DNA of 64,000 bases from Octopus vulgaris. Lineage: Eukaryota. Position 1 is the first letter of the stretch. Each line of letters opens with the position of its first letter. Below are positions 13,939-26,107 of the stretch, piece after piece. Location of the stretch: the NCBI GenBank assembly GCA_951406725.2, contig OX597815.1, positions 86,428,001 to 86,492,000 of the forward strand, written 5' to 3'. The notes under the pieces are model-generated. The model made no database searches, was not told where the DNA came from, and saw nothing but the letters and a program-made list of their open reading frames with translations. The position numbers and the translations under genes were made by a program.

Positions 13939-14272
13939 TTTGAAACAGAGTTAACTGTAAAAAATTACATGAGCAAATGCAATTTGGATAGAAGCCTAAA
14001 TGTTCATAATAATGCAAGTATTGCTTGTTCTTACAAATTCAATTTTATTGCAAAATAGAAATTCGTAGGAGGATGACAAGTAACTATCTTAGGCAGAGTA
14101 TTTTATTGGTGCATTATTTTTCATTTAATTAGCCATTTTAAACCAAATTCACAGTTTCTGATTGCAGGAATTATCCTAATCAATAAAGTTGGCAAAATAC
14201 AAGTGGAAAAATATCACTATATAGCTGAGAAAAAATCATTTTTTGTGCAAAAACAAGCTTTATGACGCATTA

Positions 14273-14470
14273 AAGGCGGTGAGCTGCTAGAACAAAATGT
14301 TTAGTGGCATTTCATCCAATCCTGGGTTCTAAATTCGAATTCTGCTGAGGTCCATCTCGCTTTTCGTACTTTCGGGATCGATGAAAGAAGTACCATTTGA
14401 GAACTAGGCTTGATGTAATCGACTTACCCCTCTCCTGAAATTGCTGACATTGCGCCAAAATTTGAAATCA
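14273..14470 (+). mobile_element. tRNA-derived SINE (GGTCGACTTTGCCTTTCATCC family)
   Basis: AAGGCGGTGAGCTG head, degenerate B box, central domain ...TTTCGGGATCGATGAAAGAAGTACC. Confidence 0.75.
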
Positions 14471-14494
14471 TCATAGTCATCATCATCATCATCA

Positions 14495-14571
<77 letters not shown>

Positions 14572-14573
14572 TG

Positions 14574-14790
14574 AAGGCGACGAGCTGGCAGAATAGCAAA
14601 CACGTCGGTCGAAATGTTTTGTGGGTGTTTCGTCTGTTGCTACGTTCTGAGTTCAAATTCCGCCGAGGTCGACTTTACCTTTCATTCTTACGAGGTCGAT
14701 AAAGCAAGTACCAGTCACGTGCTGGGGTCGATGTAATCGACTAGTCCCATCCTCACAAATTGCAGACCTTGTACCTTTATTAGAAAGGAC
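14574..14790 (+). mobile_element. tRNA-derived SINE, same family
   Basis: AAGGCGACGAGCTGGCAGAA...GAGTTCAAATTCCGCCGAGGTCGACTTTACCTTTCAT; (TAT)n tail. Confidence 0.85.
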
Positions 14791-14988
14791 TATTATTATT
14801 ATTCAAAGTAGTAGTAGTAGTAGTAGTAGTTTAAGAAGTGTCATTTGACCATTGCTCTTTATTAACAGTCACAGATAAAACTTGGATATCCTTGTCACGG
14901 ACCTAGTCGGATCAATAATGTTTAAAATGTTTTATTATATGAATATTAATTGTCCATATTTGGATAGTAAAGAAATTCTATGTAAAAT

Positions 14989-15242
14989 AATTGCAGCGTG
15001 GAAGGTGTTTGTAAGCCATTGAAGAAATCATTTAAGAATCATTTAAGATTTTTGTCAGTGAACAGGTCGCGGTCTTAAAGCGACGAAAATATTTTGACAA
15101 ATTAAACTTAAATGTTGAAGTGATCGAACGGCTTTTGTGTGTTTCTTAAATGACTTTCAAACACCTTCCACGCTGCAATTGTTTTCGTTTCAGCACACGA
15201 TCTCAGATCAAATCACTTGCTATGCAAGTACGTCTCCGTAAA
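14989..15242 (+). mobile_element. Fold-back non-autonomous element with a central hammerhead and 12-bp TSD
   Basis: 39-bp inverted repeats at 14989-15027 and 15142-15180; HHR at 15051-15101; 62-bp tail; TSD tctatgtaaaat at 14977-14988 and 15243-15254. Confidence 0.8.
15051..15101 (+). ncRNA. Type-I hammerhead motif, G3:C8 core variant
   Basis: tttgtca-GTGAACA-g-gtcgc[ggtcttaaa]gcgac-GAAA-atat-TT-tgacaaa; 7-bp stem I, 5-bp stem II, palindromic stem III. Confidence 0.75.
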
Positions 15243-15269
15243 TCTATGTAAAATGAAATTTAGTTAATA

Positions 15270-15510
15270 CTAGAGCAATTGACAGGTGGAATTTATGGAA
15301 CTTACTTAGACTGGGTTCGTTAGCGATGGCACCGATAGCGATCCTTCTATTGACTAGCATAAATGCAGTGGAGAGGTTAAGGTTGAGCATATGCAACTAT
15401 TGCTTAACGATGAAAGAAAATGTATCCCAGATTTGTGTCCAGTACATGGGCTTTCCAGTTTCGAGCATATGATCAAACCTGAGCAACAGATGACTAAGCG
15501 ATAATACAAA
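15270..15510. repeat. Local duplication, copy B (exon-like on the minus strand)
   Basis: Homologous to 13717-13938; minus strand has CAG acceptor at 15479-15481 and GTAAGT donor at 15300-15305. Confidence 0.85.
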
Positions 15511-15514
15511 TGCT

Positions 15515-15546
<32 letters not shown>

Positions 15547-15899
15547 TGTATGTGTGTGTGTGTGTGTGTATGTATGTGTGTGTGTATGCATGCATGCATG
15601 TATGTATATATGTAGGTATACATGTATATATGTATGTATACATACTTCCATACATATATTCCTGCGTATGTACGTACGCGTTAGGTAAAAAATACCACCT
15701 CTTATCGCTGAGATTTAATATCATTGAATGAAATGCGTATCAGACGCGCGTTACATGTATCAAAATGGCTATCAGCAACTATTATTATATTTATTCAAAA
15801 TTTACCCAAGGGGAAGCTAAAATGACTACTTAGTAGCCTTCGAAATGTTACCTTTAAGCTATAGACCGGATTTCTCAATTTGTTTTTATTGGATCATTG

Positions 15900-16950
15900 T
15901 GTTACCACGCTAGATGAAAAAGGTAGCATGGAAATGTATCGAGCAATACTCGGTGATAACAGGTTCCTAATACTTAACAGTCTCATGCTATTCACATCAC
16001 ATGCAGCACTATCAAATACGAAGAAATAGCAAGGTATCGTGAGAATTTGGTTGTAGTGTGTTGGGCCGCTTTTGATAATATGACATCGGCAAGTTATCAA
16101 ACCATTACAATTCCCTCACATTCCATAACTCCCGGAGGCTACAATTCAATACATAGCCAAAACCTGATACACAGCTTCACTTCTCAGAAGTGCTATGAAA
16201 TCAATCAAAGCTTGCGTCATACATCATGAAAGTCTTAACTTGTAGAGCGACAGCGCGTCAGTATTGCCCTACGTTTAATCGTTGAACCATTTATCACAAT
16301 GCTATTTGTAGAAATGGATATTCTGAATCCAGAGCACTTCTCCTCCTTTTCTATGTGTATGATCTGTAGCTGAATGGATCAACTTTTATCCACTTCAATA
16401 AGTAATTGGATCACATACACGAATATGCACAGACATTCGAGGAGTCCAAGTGTTTTTTTTTCTGGGTGACGAGGTCAACTTGACTTCTGGAAAATTAAGC
16501 TAAACTTGATCAGTTTATCTATACAGCCTAAACATTCAGGTGAGGGATATTTGTATCTTGAATAGGATGTGAGTATTACATATGAGAGAGTTATTGAAAG
16601 GGAGAGGGCAACGAGCTCATACCACTAGAAATTAAAAGACTGTGGTGTTCAGAATTCTAACCCAACAGCAATCATATCGCTCATATTACATTGTAGTGCC
16701 TGTCTTGACTTCTACATTTGGCTTTCTAAATACAAAATAAATCATTACAAAATAAATCAACAAGATGGATCTTACTGGAAAATAGCAACATCAATCGGTA
16801 TAAAGCAGAATGCATCTCCTGGGAGGGCGAACAAAGACTTGAATCTGTATAAAACTCGAATGAGACTCGATTTTTTACACTGCCCTGAAGCAGAGACGGG
16901 AAGAAAAACAACTAACCTCGTCCAGATTTGCAAGCATGCAAATAAGATAG
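15900..16950 (+). pseudogene. Possible very decayed LINE RT remnant
   Basis: RNGYSES..LLLFYVY (~16310-16360), FFLGDE (~16460) and KIKLN (~16495) occur in RT motif order; heavily disrupted. Confidence 0.3.
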
Positions 16951-17292
16951 CTATTGAATCTGAATGGAGATGAGAAACAATAGCTGGAAATTATCTTTTT
17001 GAAAAGAATATTGGAAAATTTTACTTTATAAATTAACGAAAAAAAAACAGACAAGTTTACTAGGAATTATGTTCATGGGTACATGAAATGTAAAATAAGC
17101 TCCTGATAATAGCTGGAATAAATTACACTAAAAGCCTGGCAAGAGATACTGAAAAGTTTATAACATGCTACTTTGGAGATTACCTCATTTCAATCCAAGA
17201 AAGAAAACAATTAAGAATATTGATAAGGAATTTGCAATTTCAGTGCTTAAAACGCATTTATTTTTATAACACATATTTTTTGGATCAAGAGG

Positions 17293-17332
<40 letters not shown>

Positions 17333-17609
17333 ACACACAAGCGCACGCACTAACACGCTTGTATATTTAATGTATATGTTGTGTGTGTTTGTGTGTGCAT
17401 GCATGCATATTTATATATTTACTTGAATATGCATATCATCGAGTGTTCTTTTACACTTTGTTCTCTAGATCTTATTTCACAAGCAATAACATACACGAAA
17501 TCACACTTACACATGTATCCGCGTAGATTTGCAAATGTGTGTTTCTCTCTATATGTATATTTCTATTTCTGTATGTACACGCATATATTCTTTTATTGTT
17601 TCATAATGT

Positions 17610-17987
17610 TTTTACTTTTTCAGTCATTTGACTGCAGCCATGTTGAAGTACCGCTTATAGTCGAACAAATCGACCACAGAACATTTTGTAAGCCTAGTAC
17701 TTGTCCTGTCATCTCCTTTTTCCGAACTACTATGTTACGGGAACATAAACACACCAGCATCGGTTGTCAAGCGATGTTGCGAGGACAAACATAGACACAT
17801 ACACACAAATATATATATATACGACAGGATTATTCCAGTTTCCATCTACGAAATCTACTCACAAGGCTTTGGTCGGCCCGAGGCTATAAAAAAAAAAACA
17901 CTTGTTCAAGTTGCCACACAATGAGAATGGACCCGGAGCCATATGTTTGGGAAGCAAGCTTCTTACCAAACGGCCACGCCTGCGTCT
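17610..17987 (-). mobile_element. tRNA-derived CORE-type SINE, near full length
   Basis: Minus strand TAGACGCAGGCGTGGCCGTTTGGTAAGAAGCTTGCTTCCC..CCGGGTCC..; homologous to 5414-5940. Confidence 0.85.
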
Positions 17988-18015
17988 ATATATAAATGTC
18001 TATATATAAATGTGT

Positions 18016-18066
<51 letters not shown>

Positions 18067-18090
18067 GGTGTGTGTGTGTGCATGTGTGTT

Positions 18091-20230
18091 GACGGGAAAC
18101 CTAAGGTAATTCCATAAACCGGCCTTCCTTGTTTTTAATATATGCTGCTTTATATCTTAGACTGTGCTTCTTTCGGTTTTGTGTTTTTTCAGACGATCCC
18201 TGACCAGAATGCTTTACAAAGACCACGTGGTTTATGATAAATAGCTCACCAGTAGGCCGCGCTAATACATATTTACGGAAACCACAGGTCTCTCATAAAT
18301 ATGGAACGTTTCGATCTCTGCTATTCCACTAAAAATATATCCACGCCATCCAACGAATACTGCTGGAAAAGATAATGGACGTCATTAGGCGAATGAGATG
18401 GAAAGCATTCTACTATGACTTAGCCACACCCTACCCTGAGAAAAACAACTGTGTAATCAAATCGAGGAAATACCCAGCCAAAATCAAGGGCTTCGAACCC
18501 TTCGAGGTGGGTTTACTGGGCATTATTCCCAATCTAAAATTCCATAAGACCTCTTGCTCCTTCCAACACAAGCTCCGGGCCGATATCAGATTGCTAAAAC
18601 CTCAGATAGGTCCCTAATATTATCTGGTGAGACGAAAACCTTATATAGAATAGACACCTTCGATTACGGTAGACTACTAGAAAACAATATCACATAAAAT
18701 TGTAGGCACGCTTCCCCCCAGACATGTAACTACATCAACAGTGAAGCCAAATAATTAGTTAATGAACTAAGGCGCTTTCTTTCGCTAGGGGACTCACTGA
18801 CGTTAGTGACAGAAATATAGATGTCATTATGTATTCCAGAAAAACAGTGCTGTTCAACAATAGTTTGGCATTTGTCAAGCAAATCGACTCTACGGGCACC
18901 TTTAAGGGATCGATAACTTATGCGACCTCATCTGGTTGTATATCCTCGATACCCTTAAGAAAAAAGTTCCCCTCTGTCCTCTTTGGTTTCTACAGAGATG
19001 ATTCCCTGGCCATCTCTAGGAAAGAAAACGGGCATACACAAGACAGGCTTAGAAAATGTCTAATCAGCACGCTTGCCTCCATGGGATTGAAAATCATCAT
19101 AGAGACCAACCCCAAAACCGCTGACTTCTTAGACGTCACGTTCGAGTTGGGCTTCGGTACATACAGGCTCTACCGCAAGCCAAGCGAAAGTCTAACGCAC
19201 ATCAATGCAGCCTCCTGTCACTCATCCATCGTGTTAAAAAACCTGGTGAAGGGTGTTATTAAGAGGATCGCGAACCTTTCCTCCAATCTAGCGATTTTCG
19301 ATGCAGCAACCCCTTACTATAACGAGACCCTAGCTGCTTGCGAACTTAGGGACCGCATCTCCTGCATGCGGGAACACAACAACCGCAGAAGGAAGCGCCG
19401 CAGAAATATCATTTGGTTTGCACCCCCACCTTCTCTCTTAACACAAAAACGCCAGTATGTAGAATATTCCGTAAGAGATAAGCATTTCACTAGCCCCCGT
19501 AGGTACGGGCCCATTTTCAACAGGCACAACATTAGAGTCTCCTTTAGCTGTACCCCTAATATTAAGAGCATTCTAGTAAACGCCCTTAGGCCAGGGGCAA
19601 AGACAGAATGTTCATGCAGGGACTGCAACAGATGCCCAGTGGAAGGCCACTACGAAACCATAGGGTTGTCTATGAAGCCGAAGTACTAGCATGCTCTGGC
19701 AATAACAGTGGTAGAAGCAGTAGGAGCCGTAGATACGGGAACAGAACCAGTAACGCCGCTACCATCGTCACAGTTAACAACATTAGCAACAATAACAATA
19801 ACAGAACCAGCGACAGCATTGGCAGTTTCCCCGACGGCATCCAGGGCAGCAACAACAACATAGCAATCAACAGAAGCATTACCAACAGCTTCCCGAAAGT
19901 CCATAGTAGCAAACTAGACAGTTCCTATAGCAGTAGTAATAGGGCCACTGCCATTGCCACCATCACCAATAACGGGAATAATAGCAATAATTGCAACAGC
20001 AGCAGCAACAGCAGCGACAGTGGCCCCAGTGGAAACACCAGCAGAGCCACCGCCAATGTTATCTCTAGCAGCAATGCCGGCTCTCTCACGAATGACGAGG
20101 GCCACAATAACAACAACAGCCCTTCAACATCACGAGCAGTGGCGATACCATTACCACCGCCACCACCACCACCTCCAGCGACGCCAACACCAGCAATCGC
20201 GGTTCCAGCAACGACAATGATGACGAGTAG
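18091..20230 (+). mobile_element. Penelope-like element, decayed, internally deleted and 3'-truncated
   Basis: N-terminus MERFDLCYSTKNI..IRRMRWKAF; RT motifs YRDD, DFLDVTF, YRKP; RRNIIWFAPP..KHF..IFNRHNIRVSFSC; CSCR..CPVEG; VVYEAEV (first half of GIY-YIG). Same PLE type as 2610-4460. Confidence 0.9.
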
Positions 20231-20239
20231 TCAATTCTG

Positions 20240-20672
20240 GGGAACGTGAAGGCCAGTTGACATTGCCGTAGCGAGAGATTATACTGGATTGTTTCCCTTG
20301 CGGCATGAGCAGTTGTCTAATCTTGCGGGAACCATCTCTGAGCTTTACATTGAATGACCTTCACTTTCCCCAGACTTGACTAGCCCGGATTTTTTCTTGT
20401 GGGGATAACTGAAAGAGAGGGTTTACATTAACAAACCGGAGATACTGGTAGAACTGAAAGAGAATATCGATAGAGAAATCAAAGAAGTGGGGTTTGAAAC
20501 TTTTTAGGCGAAGCCATTTTTCATATGTGATGTAGTGGTGTTGGAAAATTTCACTTGTACATATTAATTCCCATGATATATTTCATATTGTATCAAAATT
20601 TCATACATTTATTTGTAAAATTAAGGAAGTTATTAAAAATTGAATCTCATCAGTGACTTTTGGGACACCCTG
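20240..20672 (+). mobile_element. Tc1/mariner transposon 3' fragment
   Basis: SPDLTSPDFFLWG*LKERVYINKP..ELKENI; ends in terminal inverted repeat (TIR) ...cttttgggacaccctg followed by TA; same family as 46001-46854. Confidence 0.9.
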
Positions 20673-20689
20673 TATATAGAAAGTTACGT

Positions 20690-21030
20690 ATATATGATAA
20701 CAGTGAAGCAAAGGCGTACGGGCGCACGGCAGCGACGACGGTGCGTAGGCGCAGACGAGGAGGAAACCGAACGTTCGTATGCGAGAGGACGAACGAACGG
20801 AACGGTAGGAGGCCGGCGGGCGAGCGAGCGAAGCTGCCGAGGCGCACGACGACAGCGAGGGCGAGGACGCTCATTTTAAAGCGGGCGGGGCGGCGGCGGA
20901 AAGTCGGGGACACGCCGGCTGTGTAGAGTCGATCATGCACCGGTGAGCGTGGGGTTACCCGTTGGCAGAAAGGAGCGACGAGAACATCCCTTCGAGACGG
21001 TTACCTTTTCCGATCAGCGAAACCCATCAG
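20690..21030. other. GC/CpG-rich 341-bp insertion between 17-19-bp direct repeats
   Basis: tgtatatagaaagttacgt at 20671-20689 and 21031-21049; interior composition contrasts sharply with the flanks. Confidence 0.8.
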
Positions 21031-21678
21031 TGTATATAGAAAGTTACGTGAAGTATTAAATCAAAGGAGCGATCTATTTTTTTTCTTTTTTCAGCAATAT
21101 AACTATATTCATTCATATATCTACGCAAGAAACATTTTGATAGTGAATTCGAATTTCGACTTGATTAAATTCATTAATCTGTGACTTATCTTAGATACAA
21201 GACTTGTATCAAATTGGGGGTGGAGAGGATTCGACTGGTCTGTAGAGCGATATATATGCACAGTGGATGCAGTGTAAGTTAGTTTGCAGGAAAGTAGGGA
21301 TGATTTTGTAACAAGTAAGCCGAAACTTCGTCGTCGCTGTCTGCTTTTACTTGTCATATGCGTGTGAGTGTCTTGCGTATTATATTAAAATAAATTAATT
21401 GAAACTGCTAAACATGTGTGGATTTATGTACGGCATTCAAAATGTGTGTTGAGCGAAGCATCTGGCCATATGTAATGAATTTTTTATTATTCATATTATT
21501 CTCAACTGCGCATCCGTCTTCAGTCCTTAAACTTCAAGTGGCTTCGTTCGACTTCATATTTTTGTTTCAAACACCACAGAGAGACACATAATTATAAGTA
21601 AACATATCTATCTGTTTGTCTCTGCAGGTATATATTAATATATCAATATATACACACACAGAAAGCAAGACTAAGTGT

Positions 21679-21718
<40 letters not shown>

Positions 21719-21942
21719 AAGAAACGGAAAGGAGGCTAGAGAACATAGATGCTTGGCAATATACATACTACCTCCTATTGTGTATGTGTGTTAATGTGTA
21801 AGTAGGTGCGATATATACTAAGATATATGTAGATGAACATATATGCATAAATGTATATATAAGTATATATATATAAGCATACATACCTACACGCATACGC
21901 GCACACGCACAAATACATGTATGTGTGTATGTGTGCATATAC

Positions 21943-21977
<35 letters not shown>

Positions 21978-22554
21978 TGTATGTATGTATGTATGTATGT
22001 ATATATGGCAGCCCACTTATCTAGATTTTTCAGCGAGAAATCATATCAAGATTATTTTGATTTTAAGTAGAACTTTTAAAAATCTACGATAAGAGTGTTT
22101 CGCAATTACAGATGAGGATAGACAGATACGTATCAATTTGTATATTTCTATATGTATGCGTGTGTCATTGTTATTTATATCCACATTGTCGCACGTTTTT
22201 CGAACTAGAAATGAAACGAGTCATACCCAGCATAATAAACACAGCAATTTAAAATCTCATTTTGATAAGTTTATTATAGGTTTTCGCTCCAGGCAGATGT
22301 TTGCGTTCGTAAAATGCATCATTAGTGGGGCAAGACGCTACATTTGTCTCGAAAAATATTTATTCGATTTTAACTGAAAGTTTGTATATTATTTATGCAT
22401 TATAGAAACCTAGTATTAGTCTTGACACCGCAGGGTGAGAAAATGTGTTATTGTACATTGCAGATTAAGCTAAAGGCAAGTTTTTGGCATGTAAAGAGTT
22501 CGAGTGCTGGCAAAATAATCTCTTCTATTATAAGCACATTGCCCGAAACGCTTG

Positions 22555-22720
22555 GTTTAGGGGATCTAATCGATTACATTGGCCCCCACTGCTCAACTGG
22601 AATTTATCTCATCGATGAAAGGCAAAGTCGATCTTAGCGGAATTTGAACACGGAACCGAAAGAAATACTGCTAAGCATTTTGCCCCGCGCAGTAATCTTT
22701 CTACCAGCTCGTCGCCTTAG
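22555..22720 (-). mobile_element. tRNA-derived SINE (GGTCGACTTTGCC family)
   Basis: gatgaaaggcaaagtcgatcttagcggaatttgaac...ccagctcgtcgcctt is the reverse complement of the family head. Confidence 0.8.
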
Positions 22721-22932
22721 GGCTCCCTAAATGACAAAACGTATTTCCGCAGTGTTTCTATCCAGCCTCTGTTATTTAAATTTTCAGGAGACTACGTGTG
22801 GAATCAGCATCTGTTAAATTGCCTGCTGAGAACCGGTAAATCCTATCCAAACAGGTTCGATATCTTGTTGAGTTATTTTATTCATTTTATCAATCATTCT
22901 TCTTATTATTATTGTTATCATTATTATTTTAT

Positions 22933-25900
22933 TGTCTTTCCACAGCTTCTAGCGCTGGAGATGTACTACCAAGTCAGCTGTTCACTTCCAGTGAACTAAG
23001 GTAACACTCGTTATTTTTCGAGCACTTTCCGCAGTATTCGAGCGGTTCCAAGTAGTGCAGCTTTCTGCAAGTGCTCCACCATTATTACAGCCCCTATTTG
23101 TTCTATGTATTTCTCAAGATTTATACTCACTGTTCCCAGGGCTCCGACAATTATTTGTACTACTACCCCACTTTTCAGCGACCAGAACGGCTTAACCGTC
23201 CAAGCTAAACTGTCATATTTATCGACTACTCTTTCTACCTTATCACATCCGTACTTTTTGCAAAGTGTCCAATGGACAATCCTTGCTAGATTGTCATAAC
23301 GTCTCTTATATTCTTTCTGAACTAGTGGCATACATAGCTGCGTACATTATGCTATACGTTTCAACATTTTCATAAATTCTGCACTTATCACTTTCTGATA
23401 TGTTGTCTATACTGTATTTGATGTAATTGGTTCTTAGTGCTTGCTATTGGGAAGCACAGATTAGAGCTTCCGTTTCCGATTTTAAATCACTTTTAGTCAT
23501 CCATAGCCATCTATTTTCTCTGTCTTATTTTCAATATTCCTACGAAATTGCCAATGCAGTTTTCTTTATTCACCTATTTTCAGTTTCATTCATTCTGCAG
23601 TGCTTGTACAGTGCTTTATCTTTGCAAGCTTCCATCCTACACATGCCTGACCTTCTTACTTATAATAATAGCAGTTCTGTGGCGCTTTTTACTTACCAAG
23701 CTATGTTGTTTTCTTCTGCTCTAATGCTGTGTTCGCATCCAATCAGTCCTCCCTCTTTGCCTTGGTACATACAGTCTGTCTGTGTCACTTTTTGGGTGGA
23801 TTATCCCAAATCTAGTTAGCAACTTCCCTGTCTTTCTGTCTAAGCTGTTTAGTTCTTCTACTGTCCCTGAGATTACCCCTGATCCATATCTAAGGAATAA
23901 AAGTGCCCATGTGTTGATAGCTTCAATCTTATTCCATCCGTTTAATTTTGACTTAAGAATCTGTCTCAGTCTGCACAAGTACTCCAGCATAAATGTTTCT
24001 GTCATTTCCTTCTCCATAAATTTATTAATTTCCAATATCCTCAAGTACTTATAGCCCGTCTCTTCTATTTGCTTCATAAGGTCCCACGACGATATCGCTA
24101 GCCCGTCCATACATTTAATTTTGCCACTCTTCAAGACCAACATACCACACGTTTTCTGTCCGAACTCCTTTCTGATATCAGAACTGAAAGTATACAACTT
24201 ATCAACGAGGGAACTGACTTGGGATTCATCTTTACCATAAACTTTGAGATTATCTATGAATAACAAGTGGGTGGTTGACATTTTGTTGACGGCTCTTGAA
24301 TATATACCCAGTCTTTGCTTTCCTCAGAATCAGGGTTAGTGGCATCATGCACAGTACAAAGATTAGTCGGGACAGGCAGGTTCAAATATTCCATAATCCA
24401 ATAATGTCGGATCATATCGTATGCCTTACGATAATCAATCTGACTTGACTAAGTTAGTTTTCCTCCTCTTGCGGTCTCTACGTACAGTTTTGTCTACCAG
24501 CGGTTGATCCTCGGTACTCTGCACTTACGCTTACACTCCTTCTGCTCATGTGGCAACACTACATATCTGTACATTGACTCTACGATTATTCCAGACAATA
24601 ATTTCCACATAAGTGGCAAGCAGGATATCGGCCTGTAATTGTCTACAGTATTGCTTTTTCGAATTTTTTTAAGGACAGCACTGTCCTACCCACTCTCAGC
24701 TCCACTGGTGGTACGTGGTCGGCATTTAGCAAGGTGTTGAGTTGTGGAGGTATTCGCGCATGACATTCACCAAATTTTTTTACTTCTATCTGGTCCCGGT
24801 CCCCATTTTTTGGCTGATTTCTTTCACTTCCCCAACTGAAATGATTAATTCAGCCTGTTGTGGACAGCCTACAGTTTGTTTCAGTTCTTGCAGCCATTCA
24901 GTATTCTTCTTGTGCTCCTTGTTTTTGCTCCAGCTCTCACTCAAAAACTTTTGACTTTCAATGTTATCTGGTATGGACTTTTCATCGTTACACTCACCAT
25001 TTTTTTCTTTATTGAATCTCGTCTGGCCTATTTTGAATACCCTATTCTCTTGGTATCCTTTCATTCTTTGGTCGTATATTACCATATTTGCTTTTCTTGC
25101 AACGAGGCGCCGTTTCAGTTCCTCCATTACCACATTCATGCTCTTTCTTTCAATATCATACTTCCTATTCAGTGCCCTGTATTGTTGTTCGCTTTTAAGT
25201 TCCCCCTTCTCTTTTCGGGCTAACACAAAAATCTCCTTCGAAAACATATCTGGCCCCGCTTTTGTTCTTCTTTTCCACCATGGAACTTTTCTTTTGTCAC
25301 TCCCATTATATTTTTTCTTGACATCAACACCTACCTTTTCTTCTACAACAATACTTGATGCCCTGATCAAATTATTTGTTTCTGTGATGTTTTTTGTTCT
25401 GATGTATTTCAGAATTTCATTCACATTTTTCGTTTCTTGGTCCAATTTCCACCGATCAACCTTTTTTAAGGTAGCAAAGAATGTCGCTATCGTTCTCTGT
25501 AGCCTTTATTCTGTAGTAGATGGCCTTTTGCCCATCTGTCATGTCATCATTAGTTTTATTGTCTTTGCCAGACCATCTCATCGAGCAAGCTATCACTGTG
25601 GTTTATTAGAGGTCTCACCTCTGGGGGTTTTTTTGCTATGAGATTACTTTTATCAGTAAGAACTGTATTTTCATCGTTTATTCTGCTGCTGTTTTCCAGT
25701 TCCCGTCTTTTGATAGCTTCGAGCTCTACTTCTCTGAACAAACAATTTTTTTCTTATTGTTCTAGCTTGATCACATTATCTCTGTTCAGTGAGTTGAAAC
25801 ATTCCTGTTTCTGTCCATGACCACAGCATTGAATTGTTTATTCCATCTAGGCCGTGTGTGCTGGTCCATTACTGGATAACGACAGTCTGAACCCGAAACA

Positions 25901-26107
25901 GTATCTCTGAGCCTGCCGGGTGCAACACGGTCACCACCAAGGGTTTCAGTTTCCTTACCACCGTTATTCACAATATTTTGTTTTTTTCATTTTCATTCAT
26001 ATGAGGTAGCGATTGTCAGGTTGCGTAGTTACCAGTGTTTTTATTGTGACACCATCACGAGATGTATCATCGATCAGAACATGGGGTGATTCCAGCCGCT
26101 TCCGTTC
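22933..26107 (-). mobile_element. R4/Dong-type RLE LINE, near full length but decayed
   Basis: PWWKRR; [13 protein letters not shown]; HLLFIDNLKVYGK (RT YxDD region); YKYLRILE; SKLNGWNKIEAINTWA; RLYVPRQRG; LKSETEALICA; YKRRYDNLARIVHW; IIVGALG..LQKAALLGTARILRKVL. (AAT) remnants at both ends. Confidence 0.95.

Noticed and set aside
20690-21030. CpG-island promoter or coding exon
   Set aside because: It is bounded by perfect direct repeats indicating an insertion, and its ORFs are R/G/A-rich compositional artefacts.
26005-26107. HDV-like ribozyme at the 5' end of the R4/Dong LINE
   Set aside because: Some pieces are suggestive (cat-ctcgtg-atg, GGTAAC, CTGA-caatcg on the minus strand), but I could not build P1/P1.1 in the required order. 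A consensus is needed.
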